DNA of 64,000 nt, taken from contig CM059431.1 of NCBI GenBank assembly GCA_030390025.1, positions 131,318,001 to 131,382,000 of the forward strand, in the 5' to 3' direction. Origin of the DNA: Squalus acanthias. Its lineage: Eukaryota. The number at the start of each line of letters is the position of its first letter. Position 1 is the first letter of the stretch. The position numbers and the translations under genes are program-made. Shown in pieces: positions 25,428 to 38,315 of this stretch. The notes under the pieces are model-generated. The model was given only the letters and a program-made list of their open reading frames with translations. It ran no database searches and was not told the origin of the DNA.

Positions 25428-27495
25428 CCTCTCCTAGAATTGCCCCTCTCCCATGCTGGTCCTGGCTCTGGTATTTTAAGCTAGCTTTGCCTAGAAGAAA
25501 CAAAATATTCTCATTTATGAATAATGCTGATAAAGGAAAGTAGCTGTTTAAAAGATAAATTGGGGTTCTGCTTTCAAATACCAGGAACAACCATTGTGAA
25601 TCATGTTCTTCCGTGCTGAATCATGCACAGGACATATCCATTCGATTGTAAATTATGGCCAGAATTTTCAAACTACATTTGTATCTGGGTGTGCAATAAC
25701 TCTTTTTCTTCATTAGGCATCCTCCATACTCCGGGAGTAAAGCTTCGATTGATTTTTCCGGGGAAAACCACTTACCTGAAATGTGCACAGAAAAATGCAA
25801 CATGGCATTAGATAGATGTTGCTACTCGTAGTCTCCTATTCTACATTGTATAAACCTCACCAGGACTTGCAATATTCTGTCAGTTAGTTTTTCCCCAGCT
25901 AAAAAGATTTCTACATGTGTTTCCTCCATTTCCCCAATTCCATGTGTAATACAAAATGTAAAGATGGAGCAGTAGCTATCATCATTTCCTTCTTTTGGCC
26001 TTAACATCTGTTGTTGTAAAGTATCCTGGCACTGAGCTGGAACAGGATCCCACACTCCTGCAGAATGGTTAAAATCACATTTTTGAAAATAAAAATATGT
26101 AATTCAAAAAGTAGTGGGATAACACGCCCTTGTACCCTTGTAGCTGCAAAATGATGTGCTCCAGAAGGATGAGAGAACAATTTTATGAATAAATAATAAA
26201 CCAACTGTTTCTTTATAACTCCTTTGTAAAAGGATTTTCTTTTGCTCTCCATGTGAAATGAGACTGTCCGACACTTGTGTGTGGAGAAATCCAGATGCTT
26301 TTGGTTGGAGAGAGTGCTGCAGAGGTACACAGCTGATGGCTGAGGCTTGGATAGAATTGATAGACTGACATAATTTTGGCAGGAATTGAAATTATGATGA
26401 TAAATGGTATTATTGTGACATTCACAAGAATACCAGATGAAATTAATCTTTAGTTTCCTGTCAAGAGATTTAAGTGCAAGCAGTGGAGGAGGAGGCAGAG
26501 TAATACAAGACAAAACTCACTTGTTAGCTGAGGACAGACCCGCACTGGTGATGCTGACAATGAAGAACTGCTCTAGCCCCCTCTGCCCTGCCTTTCTAGA
26601 TTCAGAAAGCTGCACAGAGGCAAGTAGGCTCAGGGGAGAAATTAAGGATTAAAATGCCAAAGTGGACACTGTTGGTTTTTATTTTGGAATGGTGCATACA
26701 TGCACTCTCAGTTTAGGCACAAAGGGATCTTGTTACTTTAAAGGGGTACTGTTGTCCACTGGGAGAGGGGAGCAATTACAATAACTGTCTGAGCAGCTGA
26801 GGTTGCTAAAGCACTAATAGGTGGCAGTTACTCAATAACACAGTTTCTGATGAGATCAGGAAGTGCGTTAGTCTTGCAGAGGAAGACTGCACAGTGTAAA
26901 CTCTGCAAAAACTCTGTTTTTGAAATTACCACAGATGGCTTGCAGTATTGATAGTGCACAGTGAAAGATTTGTTTACATCACTAATTTTTGGCTCACAAA
27001 GCAGAAATTCCTTGTGACAATACCCCTTTAAAACAACTTTTTTGGTCAGGAATTTAACTCTTCAGCAGTATAGATGAAAGGCAGTGTTTTTAGTACAATA
27101 TAATGACTGTGATTACTGGCTTAAAACAACCACTTTCATGTGTATTTTTTTCATTTGTATTTAATCACGCAGAGTTACAAATGAGAAATGTAGCCTTAAA
27201 TTCTTTTCCCAATGAGAAGTGTAGAGAGTTCTTTCATCATCACCTTGTCTGCATGGTATCACCTTGTGGCATTATTTATGACGGGCCCTTCATTTGCTTT
27301 ATATGAGAAAAAAGACTTTTTTCAGGTTGTGATTACTGTGAATATTTACACATATGAAACTAGTTTGTTTAGTCAGGTGGCAGTGGAGTGTTAACTTAGG
27401 GTTACCAGGACATCCATATTGTATGGGTGGAGTATGCCAAAGTCTGTGAAGTAAAGGATATAAATGAAAAACGTGGTCCATTTCAGTGAGTCTAA

Positions 27496-28245
27496 GGGGG
27501 AGAAATTCGGCATCGTCCCGCTTGGGGATGGTAACTTTTGAAAGCTGGGAAACGTAGCGGCAGGCGCGAATGATTCCCACCTTTTTCTAAATTCAGTGTT
27601 TGCGCTCCAGGAAGGAACAAGCGCTCCACTTCCTCCCTGGCAGCGTTAAAGGACGCAGGCGGGGCGGTAGTGGTGCAGCGCTGCACAATGTCCCGTGCAG
27701 CGCTGCCGCGATCCGAGGCTCCTTCCCTCCCTTAAAGGGCAGAGCCATCGCTGCCAGCTCTGCATTGGGACCAGTTAGCTGGTCCCCGACGGCAGCCGCG
27801 ATCCGGCTCGATCAGCCCCATGCACTCCAGCAGAGTGCTGGGCCGATCGATCGCAGCCCAGGAGAATGGAAAAAAATTGAAAAGCAGCATTTTAGAAATG
27901 TTCCTAATTCCCTCGGCAACCTCCCCTTTAACTTCTTCTGCCTCCGAAGCGCCCGGCCTCCCGAACAACGCCTCCTGCAGCTGTCGGTGTTTTCGTCCGG
28001 CGATGCTGCAGGGGGTGGAACCGAAGTTCGGGTCTGGGGCGCTACTGGGGCGACGTGCATGGCAATGACGTCACGATCTCCGGACACAGGAGATCGTGAC
28101 GCAAAGTGTTACCGCCGCCGCAAACCTCCCGGCCAAGTTAGCGGGAGTCGTTCATCTCACCACGCCCGGGCGGTAAGTCGTTAGCGCCCCATTAGCGCCC
28201 CCGGGGACGCTAACGGGAGGCACTAACGCACCGAATTTCTCCCCC
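27496..28245. mobile_element. CpG-rich Harbinger MITE
   Basis: Perfect 15 bp TIR GGGGGAGAAATTCGG / CCGAATTTCTCCCCC, the same TIR as the left end of the element at 45192. Flanks are TAA and TAT. Confidence 0.9.
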
Positions 28246-28613
28246 TATTTCTCCTCCATGAGAGAAACATTTGCATTTATATAGCATCATTCATATCCTC
28301 AGACCGTCCAAAAGCAATTCACAGCCAAAAAATTAACTTTTTGAAATGTAGCCACTGTTGTTTTGTAGGCAAACGTGGCACAATGATAGGAATGATCAGT
28401 TAAATTGTTTTGGTGGTGTTGACGGAGGGATATGAACATAAGAACATAAGAAACAGGAGCAGGAGTCGGCCATTTAGCCCTTCGAGCCTGCTCCGCCATT
28501 CAGTAAGATCATGGCTGATCTTCTACCTCAATTCCACCTTCCCACACTATCCCCATATCCCTTGAGTCCCTTTAGTATACAAAAATCTATCGATCTCTAT
28601 CTTGAATATACTC

Positions 28614-28826
28614 GTGAGTGTAATGCCTCCATGACGGATTGTATCTCTGCAGACACATTGTTCTCTGTCTATATATGCTTTGTAACTGATTTGTATTCCC
28701 TCACTGTACCTGACGAAGGAGCAGCGCTCCGAAAGCTCGTAATTTCAAATAAAACTGTTGGACTATAAGCTGGTGTTGTGCGACTTCTCATTTTTGTCCA
28801 CCCCAGTCCAACACCGGCATCTCCGC
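28614..28826 (+). mobile_element. Penelope-like element 3' end with hammerhead motif, flanked by a 15 bp TSD
   Basis: Homologous to 61320-61514 plus the terminal tail. ATCTTGAATATACTC occurs at 28599-28613 and 28827-28841. Confidence 0.9.
28707..28741 (+). ncRNA. Minimal type I hammerhead ribozyme motif
   Basis: TAC-CTGACGA-A-GGAGC(AGC)GCTCC-GAAA-GC-TC-GTA: conserved core, 5 bp stem II, palindromic AGCT stem III, 3 bp stem I. Confidence 0.7.
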
Positions 28827-28898
28827 ATCTTGAATATACTCAACGACTGAACACCACAGCTCTCTGGGGTAGAGAATTTCAAAGATTCACAACCCTTT

Positions 28899-29362
28899 AA
28901 GCTCAATGGAAGCTTGGGGAACAGCACCTCATCATTTGATTAGGCACTTTACAGCCTTCTGACTCAACACTGAGTTCAACAATTTCAGGTCAAACAATTG
29001 CTTCCATTTTTTCGGACAGCAGCTTCTGGTAATGATTCTGCTATTGTTATTTACAGCTCCTCTAGAACCCTCTTTTTGTTTCTTTTCTTGTCCCATTACC
29101 ACCTCCTTTTGCTTTGCACCATCATCCCTTTTAACATTTAATCACTCCTGCCTTCCACCCTATCCCAGACCTTCCCTTTTGTTCTTTCCTCCCCTCTGCC
29201 TCCCTCTTTCCCTGTCCTTGTACTTGCTTAAAACCGGTTACATCTCTAACTTTTTCCAGTTCTGATGAAAGGTCATCGACCTGAAATGTTAACTCTTGTC
29301 CTCTTTCCACAGATGCTGTTTGACCTGCTGAGTATTTCCAGCATTTTCTGTTTTTATTTCAG
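28899..29362 (+). mobile_element. 3' fragment of a second Penelope-like family
   Basis: Degenerate GIY-YIG C-terminus (KL.EQHLII*LGTLQPS..LNTEFNNF), pyrimidine-rich UTR, hammerhead motif, and terminal ACAGATGCTG..TGACCTGCTGAGTATTTCCAGCA. Confidence 0.8.
29258..29294 (+). ncRNA. Minimal hammerhead ribozyme motif, second PLE family (stem III probably mutated)
   Basis: AGTT-CTGATGA-A-AGGTC(ATC)GACCT-GAAA-TG-TT-AACT. Confidence 0.65.
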
Positions 29363-29394
29363 TCTGTATTGATGTTTATCTTCCACACAAGCTG

Positions 29395-29640
29395 TAATTC
29401 TAATCACAAGTGCCTGCTCTGTCCCCAGATCCATTTATTTTGTTTTCCCTCAGCCACCTATCTAACCTGTTATTAAATGTTGACATGGTGTCTTTATCAA
29501 TAACTAACTCTAGTGGTGCATTCAGCAGCCTCACAACCATCTCTGCATATATTTTTTTTCCTGCTCTCTGTCCTAAATCTCTGATATTTAATCTTGTATC
29601 TGTGTTCCCTTGTTTTAGATTCCTCAATCACTGGATACAG
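29395..29640 (-). mobile_element. Old CR1 3' fragment
   Basis: ORF 29400-29627 resembles a CR1 ORF2 C-terminus (VVRLLNAP...TFNNRLDRWL). Confidence 0.55.
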
Positions 29641-29659
29641 TCAGTTGCATTGTTCATGA

Positions 29660-30575
29660 TTTTCATAGGGTGGTAATTGGCCAGGTTAGATTTATCCTGT
29701 TTTTTTGTCAATAGGACTTGGGCAATCTTCCACATTGTTGGATAGATGCCTGTGATACATGTGTGGTGGAACACTTTGGCTAGGGAGTGGCTACTTCTGG
29801 TGCACAGGTCATCAACACTACAGCCAAGATGTTGTCAGGGACCTATGAACTTTACACCTTAATGCCATGTGGAGTTATCTGAATTGGCTGTAGATTGGTG
29901 TTTATGATGGTAGAGACCTTGAATGTGGCACTCAGCACTTTTGACTGTGGACACTTGCAAACAGTTCAGCCGTGTCTCTTTTACTCACGAGCTGCGATCT
30001 GTTATAATGATGCACATGGAGCCCCCTCTTCCTGTTAGTTTTGTGGTTGCCCACCGTCAATCATAACTGGATGCAATATGGCTACAGAGCTTACCTCTGA
30101 TCCATTACTTCTGGGACTGCTTAGCTCTGTCTATAGATGACTGCTTTTTGTGCTTAGCGTGCAAGTTGTCCTGCATCGTAGCTTCACTAGGTTCAAGCCT
30201 CATTCTAAGATATACCTGATGCTGCTCCTGGCATGCTCTTCTGCACTCCACATTAAACCAGGTTTGGTCTCTTAGCTTGCTGGGGATTGAGGAGTGAGGG
30301 GTGTGCAGGGTCATAGATTGTGGTGGTATATAATTCTGCTGACGGCCAACAGTACATCACAGATGTCCAATTTTGGGTTGTTAGATCTGTTCTTCGTTTG
30401 TCCCACGTAGCATGGCGGTAGTGCCACACTATACGATGGAGGATGTCCTCGTTGAGATGAGACTTTGTCTTCACAAGGACTGTGTGGTGGTCAGTCTTGC
30501 AAATGCTATTATAGAGCGATGTGAGTGTAGCCAGTAGGTTAGTGAGGACAGGGTAAAATAGATTCATCCCTCATG
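29660..30575 (-). mobile_element. Old degraded copy of the 12110-15443 LINE family
   Basis: DHHTVLVKTKSHLNEDILHRIVWHYRHATWD and DQTWFNVECRRACQEQHQVYL match 13170-13480. Confidence 0.85.
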
Positions 30576-31289
30576 TTATTTTAATTTGATGGGTGCACCT
30601 ACGCAGGTCAGTTTGCAATATGCTAAACAATTTGATGTTCTAGGTGTCGAAGTTTAATTCCTGTAACTAGGCTAATTATCACTGACAGCTTAATCCTAGT
30701 TTAATGAAAGGGACACTGGCAAAGACACATGACTACTATAAGACTAACCTCCCCTCTATGGTGCTGAGCAATAGGTCACTGTGCGCCAGAACTCTACTTT
30801 CCGCAACAATTTGTCTCTTGCCACAAATTCACCTCACAGTTTCATGCTGGATCTTGCATATGGACAGAATGAATCCCTTTCCTTGCATGCCTAGGATCTG
30901 CAAACCGTGAAAGAAAGTTTAATCATCCATTAAAACTTTGTTGTTACTGAAAAAAGATCAGGTCATCCTTCACCCCATGTCAGCATGGTTCCAAAGAACT
31001 GAGACCAAGCTAAAGTTGTCATCCACCAGGTACCAATTCATAAACAGCAGTTGTCATTTATAATATCCGTTTTTTAATCTACTTGTAAATGTCAAATTAA
31101 TTTAACATGCAGTGCAGTCATTAATTGTATATCACATTTCTTCCAATTTGATGTGTATTTATTTCAGAGGTTCCCACATGAAATATGCTGTGGTGGAAAT
31201 CATTTCCTAAGATCTTACAATAATAAAACAGCTTTGAATATGATATTCACATAGGTTTGATTATGTGGTCATTTTTATGAGATCATTTT

Positions 31290-32465
31290 TTTCACCACAA
31301 AGAATAATGTTGGTTGAGGGATAAGTGTTGGTCAGGATACTGTGAGAACTTCCTGCAATTCTTTGCATAGTACTGTGGGATCTTTTACATGCACCTAAAT
31401 GGGCAGATGGGGCCACGGTTTAACATCTCATCTGAAACACTGACAATGCAGCACTCCCTGGGGCTTGTACACATAATCTCCCGACTCCGAAGTGAGAGTA
31501 CTACCAACTGAGCCAAACTGATAATGACTTAAATGCAGAAGCTCTGTGCAGACTGGTCAAGTTTGCAGACAATACTATATTGGGCAGTTGAGACAAATAA
31601 AACAGCCAGGGACCTATAAAAGGAGTTGGATAAAATTTGTAATTGGGCAAATCAGTGGCACATGAAATTCAGTACAGAGTGGTGCAAAGTACTGCACATT
31701 TGCTGGAGAAATTGATATCACAAATATTGTATGGATCGGGTATAAATAGCTAAAGATAAAACAGAGAGCATTCTAGACACAATAGTAGATTCAGAACTTC
31801 AAATCATGGTGAGGTAGCAGTAAACAAAGCAAATAAAATGTTTAATTACATTGCTAGGTCAGTTGAGTATAAGTTGGAAGATTTCGTGGTGAAACTCTAC
31901 AGTGCCCTGGCCAGATCACACCCTGTGTTCAGTTTTGGTCACCAAGACATAAAGAAACTCTAAGTCACGGAGGCACTGCTGAGGAGAGCCACAAGGCTGA
32001 TTCCTAGAATCAAAGGATTGAGTTATGAGACTGGAGTAAAATTAGCTCCTTAGCATTGAAAGGAGGTGACTGGGACCTTATAGGAGTATACAAGATATTA
32101 AGTGACAAACATAGTTTCCACTTCACTTCCAGTGAAGCTACGACAGTGGATCGGAAGCAGCTCCGAGGATGTTCAGCCAATAGATGAGGTTAATCCAAAG
32201 CATGATTTGAAGGCCAGTAAAATCAATAAGCGAGCATAGTTTAAAACTGTTGAAAAGAAAGTTTAGGACAGATGTTGGGAAGAATATTTGAAGAATGATG
32301 AATATTTGGAATGGTCTTCTGAGTAGATTGGTGGAGTTGAAAACCTTGTCTTATTCAAGGATGATGTGGATGATGTAATGGAAGGAATGTAGGCCTATTG
32401 TCTAGATGGATAAGCTAAAATGGGCCAAATGGATCTTCTCATCTGTAACTATTTTGTAATCTTCC
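31290..32465. mobile_element. Deu-SINE fragment (minus, ~31290-31520) adjoining a very degraded CR1 3' half (plus, ~31540-32465)
   Basis: GGGATCTTTTACATGCACCT is the reverse SINE core. AAGTTTGCAGACAATACT (KFADNT), CTCTACAGTGCCCTGGCCAGATCACAC and TGTGTTCAGTTTTGGTCACCA are CR1 motifs. Confidence 0.7.
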
Positions 32466-32529
32466 TCGGTGCACTGGGCTTTAAAAAAGCTAAGAGATCA
32501 AATTAACTACATCGTTAAATAAAAATAAT

Positions 32530-33308
32530 GGCCCGGATTTTGCAATAGAAATAACGGTGAGGGTATCAGCGCTCACTGTTGTTATGGAGAAAATCAGACA
32601 GGAGCTTCTGGCATACTCACATGCGCAGTAAAACGCAGAAATCTGAAAGTTGCTGTCCGATTTGCCCTGCTCATCCACAAGCTTTGCTACACTGGTACCT
32701 CACCGATAGATTTAGCATTAAAATACATGAAGGGCATGAATTTGCAGTACTTACCCACTAGTTACCCACAAAACATGCCAGAAAAAGTTAGAACTGGTGC
32801 ATTCAGGTGTAAGTGAATTTTTAATGGTGTGATAAGTCCTAATTACTGCCAGACAAGCTCTCTGGCCCTGAAAATTTAATTTTACAAGTATGAAGTCTCA
32901 TTCCTTCAGAATTTAATCATTGTTGGAGATTTTTTTTTAAATTAAAATATTTTTTTTTACTTTTTCTTTCTGTTTCTTTCATCTCTCTCTTAATCCCATC
33001 TTTCTTTCCCTCTCTTTATTTCACTTTCTGTACATGATTTTATATTGAATTAAATATTCTAATTTATACTTCCTGGTTTCGACTCTGCGTGTCTCAGTGA
33101 GAATTCTTCAATCTGATTGGTTGAAGAGACACGCCGTTGTTTACCTTGCTCACACATGCCACAGATCCCCTGTAGAGGCCATCATGCTGAAAAGGATCTC
33201 CAAAAACCGTATGTTGCCGCGCAAAAGCCAACGAAAAGTCTGTGGGCAGCTGTAAGCGTAATGAACGGTGAACGCCATTCCTTCGCCGCTGACCGCAAAA
33301 TCTGGGCC
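32530..33308. mobile_element. Harbinger-type MITE
   Basis: TIRs GGCCCGGATTTTGC / GCAAAATCTGGGCC. The internal T-rich block resembles 57170-57400. Confidence 0.8.
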
Positions 33309-35865
33309 ATAGTAAGCAGGGTAAAGGATTTACACTTTTCATGCAACTTTACATGTAATCATGGAATTTAATCAGAACATACCACTAATGCTCCCGCAAT
33401 CCTGTGGAATAAAAAGAACTTGACTTTTTCAATTATCATAAATCAATGGTCCTGATTAATATATTATACGGGATAAAACAATGCAACACTAAGTGAGATC
33501 TGCTAGTTTTTAATACATTTCTTTATAAAACAGTGAAATGCTAGAACTGTGAAAAGTTTATAAATAAAGAAATGCTTCTATTTCAAACACTGGTAAAATG
33601 GCATTGTAGCAATTTATGGAAGATGGCCTTGAATCACGATGAACAAGTGGTGGCAAAGAAAATATACTCTGTCATATCATTCCTCTGAGATTAGCTTTAT
33701 GCAGAAACCTCTTCATACTTCAGTGCCAACAGCAATATCTCAGTTCTTCCAGCCATCCTGATCCACTTGTTTACAGTTCAATGTTTTAACTTCAGGGAAA
33801 ATTGGTTAAGTAGGAGATGTTTGTTTTCTTTTAACCTTTGAGAATCTTAGTGTACCATTTATTGAAAATCAAACAGTTGCAAAAAATATGATAACCTTTT
33901 GTGTTTTTCTATTCATTTCTTATAATTACTTGAATGTCTTGTGTAAATAATAAGTGGTGATATTATAGGTACTGACTGTGGGAACCGCTAAAGGAGGCAG
34001 GGGCAGGATATGCAGTTTCTAAGCTGTAGAATTCCATTCATAGTGTGGAATGCGGTCTGAATGTAATCGTGTGGTAGTGCCAACTAAACATAATTCTGCT
34101 CCTTATTTATGCTTTTAGTGGATACACAGCATGAGGTGAGATTTTATATTTTTTGGTACAAAAGAAAGCATGGTCGTTCAGAAGAAATGAAGGAGAAACT
34201 ACAGCAATGATTCCCTTGATTGCTTGCTTCCTTAGCATTTAAGAGTTGTAATTTGCTGCTGATAATGTTATGATGGAAGCCACTTTATATACCTGGCGTG
34301 AAGTACCTTAACTCTTTCTAAGATGACTTCACAGTTGGTTGATTTTATTGAAGATGGATGGGTGACTTCTGCCAGATCTTCTCTGAACTAACAGCTGGGA
34401 TATCCACATGTGTAGCCTGGGGGTGCATATTCCTTGGGTTGCCTTCCTTGGTGGGTAGTTTGGCCTTTGTTCAGTACTTACTTACCTAATCAAGATCTTG
34501 GTTCACCACCACACTACCCATTATTCCTTGTATAACCAGATGATGTAGCAATGCACTGCTCCATTTGAATTAGCTACACAGACCACACACGCACCAAGAA
34601 TGTAAAAATGACCAGGCTGTTCAGTATTCACTTTAATTGAGAATATTTGAGTGAGTTAAAACAGTAAACTTAATCTAATTTTAAATAGAATTAAGTGAGA
34701 AAAAGAAAAGCAGGACCCCATGTTCAGTCTTGAGCCTGCAGTTCTCCATATTTTCATTGTAAAAGTATTTGTCAGAAGTCTGCTTAAGGGTGCTGTGATT
34801 CCAATAGCTTGTGGTAATTATCAGTGGAAATTAACTTATGTAAATCAGAGCAATATGGTCCTAATTAATTATTTCTGCTGTATTAATCTTAAATACTTTA
34901 AACTGCAGAGCTGCAAATCCATGCTACAAATTTTGTGTTTAATATAAATATTCATGTTCCTGATTTAATCTGGGCCCTGAAGTATAGCACCTGATTTGCC
35001 TCCGATAGTATTACTAATTATCCATGATTAACAGCTTTTTGTTAGAGCTCCAGGAGGAAAGTGCAGTTCCTGGAACATTTTGATATCCAGTATTTGAGGT
35101 TAGCAACTGTATCATTGCTTACGTTATTGCCATTAATGCAGTATGTAATTTTTGGTATATTTCCGATTTCAAAGTAGAACAAAATGTTTTATTGTGAATG
35201 ATAGGTGAATCTACTTAATTTAAATCTTCCAAGAACAGACTATGATTTGATAGTATTTTTAACTTTAGAAATTTCAACACAGGGATACATTTACATACAA
35301 TGAGGCAACTTGAGCTTTATGTTTGACTTTGAGCAATTTATAGCTATCACTCACTGGTCAACATCAGGGAAATTTTAGGAATGTGATTTCTGACCAAAAA
35401 GAGTGGGATAGATCTCAAACCCATTCAAACGCAAGATTGGATAGTTTCATCCAATCACTAACATGAGTGAGAGTTGGTGAGCATAAAACTGGGACATCTG
35501 CTTTTCATTCACATTAGTGATCAGAGGAAAGTGTGCTGTATGGAGCTGTGTTTATTTAAGAGTGAGGTACATCAAATGTCAAATTTCTAAACTATAATGA
35601 GAGACACTTGACAGCCTTGATTGTATTTATATCCCTTTTATATATGTTTCCACCCTCCGTGGTACTGGCAGGATTGCACTCACAGTAGAGGTGCTGAGAC
35701 CCTACCTTCGAACTGGCACAAATAAACACAAGTTGTATACATTGAAAGTAGGCAGTCTTTGTGATGGAGAGGATATGGTGTCAGAAGCTCAGCTCAGGGT
35801 CAAATAGTACGACAAAGTTGTAAAAAGCTGATTTTTCTTGAAAAGTAGCAATAAGCTGACACATT

Positions 35866-36971
35866 GGGGGGAATTTTAACATAGGTGAGCGGGTGGGAGG
35901 GGGTTTAAATGGGAAAAAATTGGTAACATGTTAGGAAGCCGGCTCCAACCCGCCGACTTCTGGCTTTTACTCAGGCAGGACGAGGGGTGGGGAGCCAACC
36001 CGCTCCAAGGAGGTGGGTTGGCACTTTAAATATGATAATGAGTCTGGAAGCATCGAATGTAACTAGATTTACAGGTTTTACTGTGGCCGGTCAGGGTTCT
36101 CGGACCTCTGGAACCCCGGAAGCTGCAGCGAGGCGAGGACAGCCTTGGGGAGCAATCCTTGTGGGCCGAGAGGAGCAGGAGTGCTTCCTCCCAGCCCCTC
36201 AAGCTCCAAACCATCAGACCAGCCCCCCAGCCCGGGATCGGACCCCCCAGGGTCGGGGATTGGACCTTCCTGGTCCTGCGGCCTCTTCTCCAGCGTTCTC
36301 TGGCCAACTGGAAGCCAAGTTAAATCACCAGAGCGTGCGGGGAAACCCAGCAGGTAAAAATTACGGCCACAGGTTGAAATGCTATCAGCCTCAATGCTGA
36401 CGGTTGCACATATGCGCTCATCCACAGACACACAGCCTTCCGTTTCCATCTGGACACACCTGGTGCGATTGCCTGCTGTACCATGGAACCTGTCCCCCGG
36501 AGGAGGAGGGAGAATGTTGTTGCTGTTGTAGGTCTCATCTGCCTTCAGGTGTCTAGCTTGGCTAACTACCTCTGCGGAAGCTGACAAAAAAACAGTGATT
36601 TTATTTTTAAATTTTAAATTTGGCGTGCTGGACAAGTTCAGTTGATCACCCTCTGATCAGTTGCACTCAGCTAACTCCCTACCTTGCATCCTTAACAATG
36701 CTGGAATGATATGGCTTCCCCAATGCCCAGTGTTGTTAAGTAGTTAATAAAGAAAATACTTTGGTTGATATATTTCCTTCATTTAATGTAGCATTTGAAT
36801 GCACCCAAATATGAGTGGGTGTAGTCAGCTCCCACCATCATTTCGAGAGGAAATCCTGGGTGTGGCAGTGACCAGCAGGGAGCGAACAAAATGGCTCCTT
36901 GACCGACTTCTTTCCCCCATCCACCTCAAAATGGCCTAAAAATGATGGTAACTAAGAGTAAAATCTAGCCC
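35866..36971. mobile_element. Harbinger-type MITE-like element
   Basis: Ends GGGGGGAATTTTA and TAAAATCTAGCCC. The left part is homologous to 18910-19300. Confidence 0.65.
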
Positions 36972-37799
36972 TCTGTCTGCTCCCTCCCACCTACATAAAT
37001 AGGTGAGCCGATGGTCCTGAACCCTTTCATCAAAATGCCACATGCACAGGTAGAGGAAGTGAAGCCACACTCCCACCTCTCAGCACTGTTGCTGAAGTAT
37101 TTTGGGCCTTTTTCTGAGGTTATTTTTACAATTCTCTGAATACATCAACAGGAAAAATAAATGTGGTTTTGTTTGAAATTCCTCATCGGAGACATGTTTG
37201 TAAGAAGCTAAATTGCAAAAGGCAACAGTAAGTAGAAATGAGTTGTTCGGTTGCAACTCAATATATTTTTCACTGGTGATCTTGTGACCCATAAATATTG
37301 AAGCTGTTCAGTGGGTTGTGAGGGCTCGCTGAGTATGCTTCTCTGCATGGTGTATTTGTTTCACTAAATAACTCGGTGTACATTTTACTGTAGAATAGAT
37401 ACAGATTTACAGTGTTGACAAAAATTTATTTGCATTATTATTACAAGTAGAATAATACAATCTGCAGTACATTTCAAAGCAATAATACCTTGAGGGGTTG
37501 AAATTAAGTCATAAACCAGACAGGCAAAGCTTGAGTGGTTTATGAACATCACCTTCACCACAATAAGTATTGCTGCCTTCGGATACCGCAGAGTGTGTGA
37601 ATCTTTATTATATACAAACTAAACATTTATTGTCATTGTTTACTGTTCTCCATTTTCCTTTTATTACTAGTGAAGGTGTCACGAGTGTGGCTCTTGCACT
37701 CAAATCAATTACTTGAATGGAAGTAGCATTGTACTGTGATTTAAACAGCATTGATATTGGGATTTATTTCACCACATGCTGAAAGGAAATAACATTACC

Positions 37800-37858
<59 letters not shown>

Positions 37859-37870
37859 ATATAGAGAGAG
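37800..37870. repeat. Compound (TG)n(TA)n microsatellite
   Basis: Directly visible. Confidence 0.95.
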
Positions 37871-38162
37871 TTACTATATGGCTAGGAATATGTTCTGTTC
37901 TTGAACACACTACCACTCTCTTACTTTTCACAATATAGCTGTAGCAGTCGTTTATTTTTCGGCCAACATTCCTGTTCAGGTTTGGTTGCTGCAGTTCATA
38001 TCTTATATATGGCACCAATAATGCTTTCTTGCTGTCACTATTAAGGCCCCTGCATATTTTTGTGTGACTTTGCTTTGTGTGATGGCAGATGATTTTGCAA
38101 GATTATAGCACCAGGTGAATGTTATAATTAGCTTGCAGTAAGAAGTGTATAGTGTTTTACCT

Positions 38163-38315
38163 ACCTAACAGCACTGTGGGAGTACCATCACCACACGGAC
38201 TACAGCGGTTTAAGAAGGCGGCTCACCACCACCTTCTCAAGGGCAACTAGGGATGGGCAATAAATGCTGGCATTGCCAGCGACGCCCTGATCCCATAAAC
38301 AAATTTAAAAAAAAT
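38163..38315 (+). mobile_element. Short 3' tail of the 12110-15443 LINE family
   Basis: AACAGCACTGTGGGAGTACC...GGATGGGCAATAAATGCTGGC...AAAAAAA. Confidence 0.88.

Larger units (their letters stand above)
28265..28897 (-). mobile_element. Deu-SINE 3' fragment (~28265-28430) followed by a CR1 3' UTR fragment (~28433-28897)
   Basis: TTGCATTTATATAGC is the reverse complement of the SINE tail. AACATAAGAACATAAGAAACAGGAGCAGGAGT is a reverse-complement CR1 tail. Confidence 0.8.

Noticed and set aside
33400..35860. AT-rich unique DNA as conserved enhancer or exons (also ~43800-45190)
   Set aside because: Nothing in the sequence alone supports a call; cross-species alignment would be needed.
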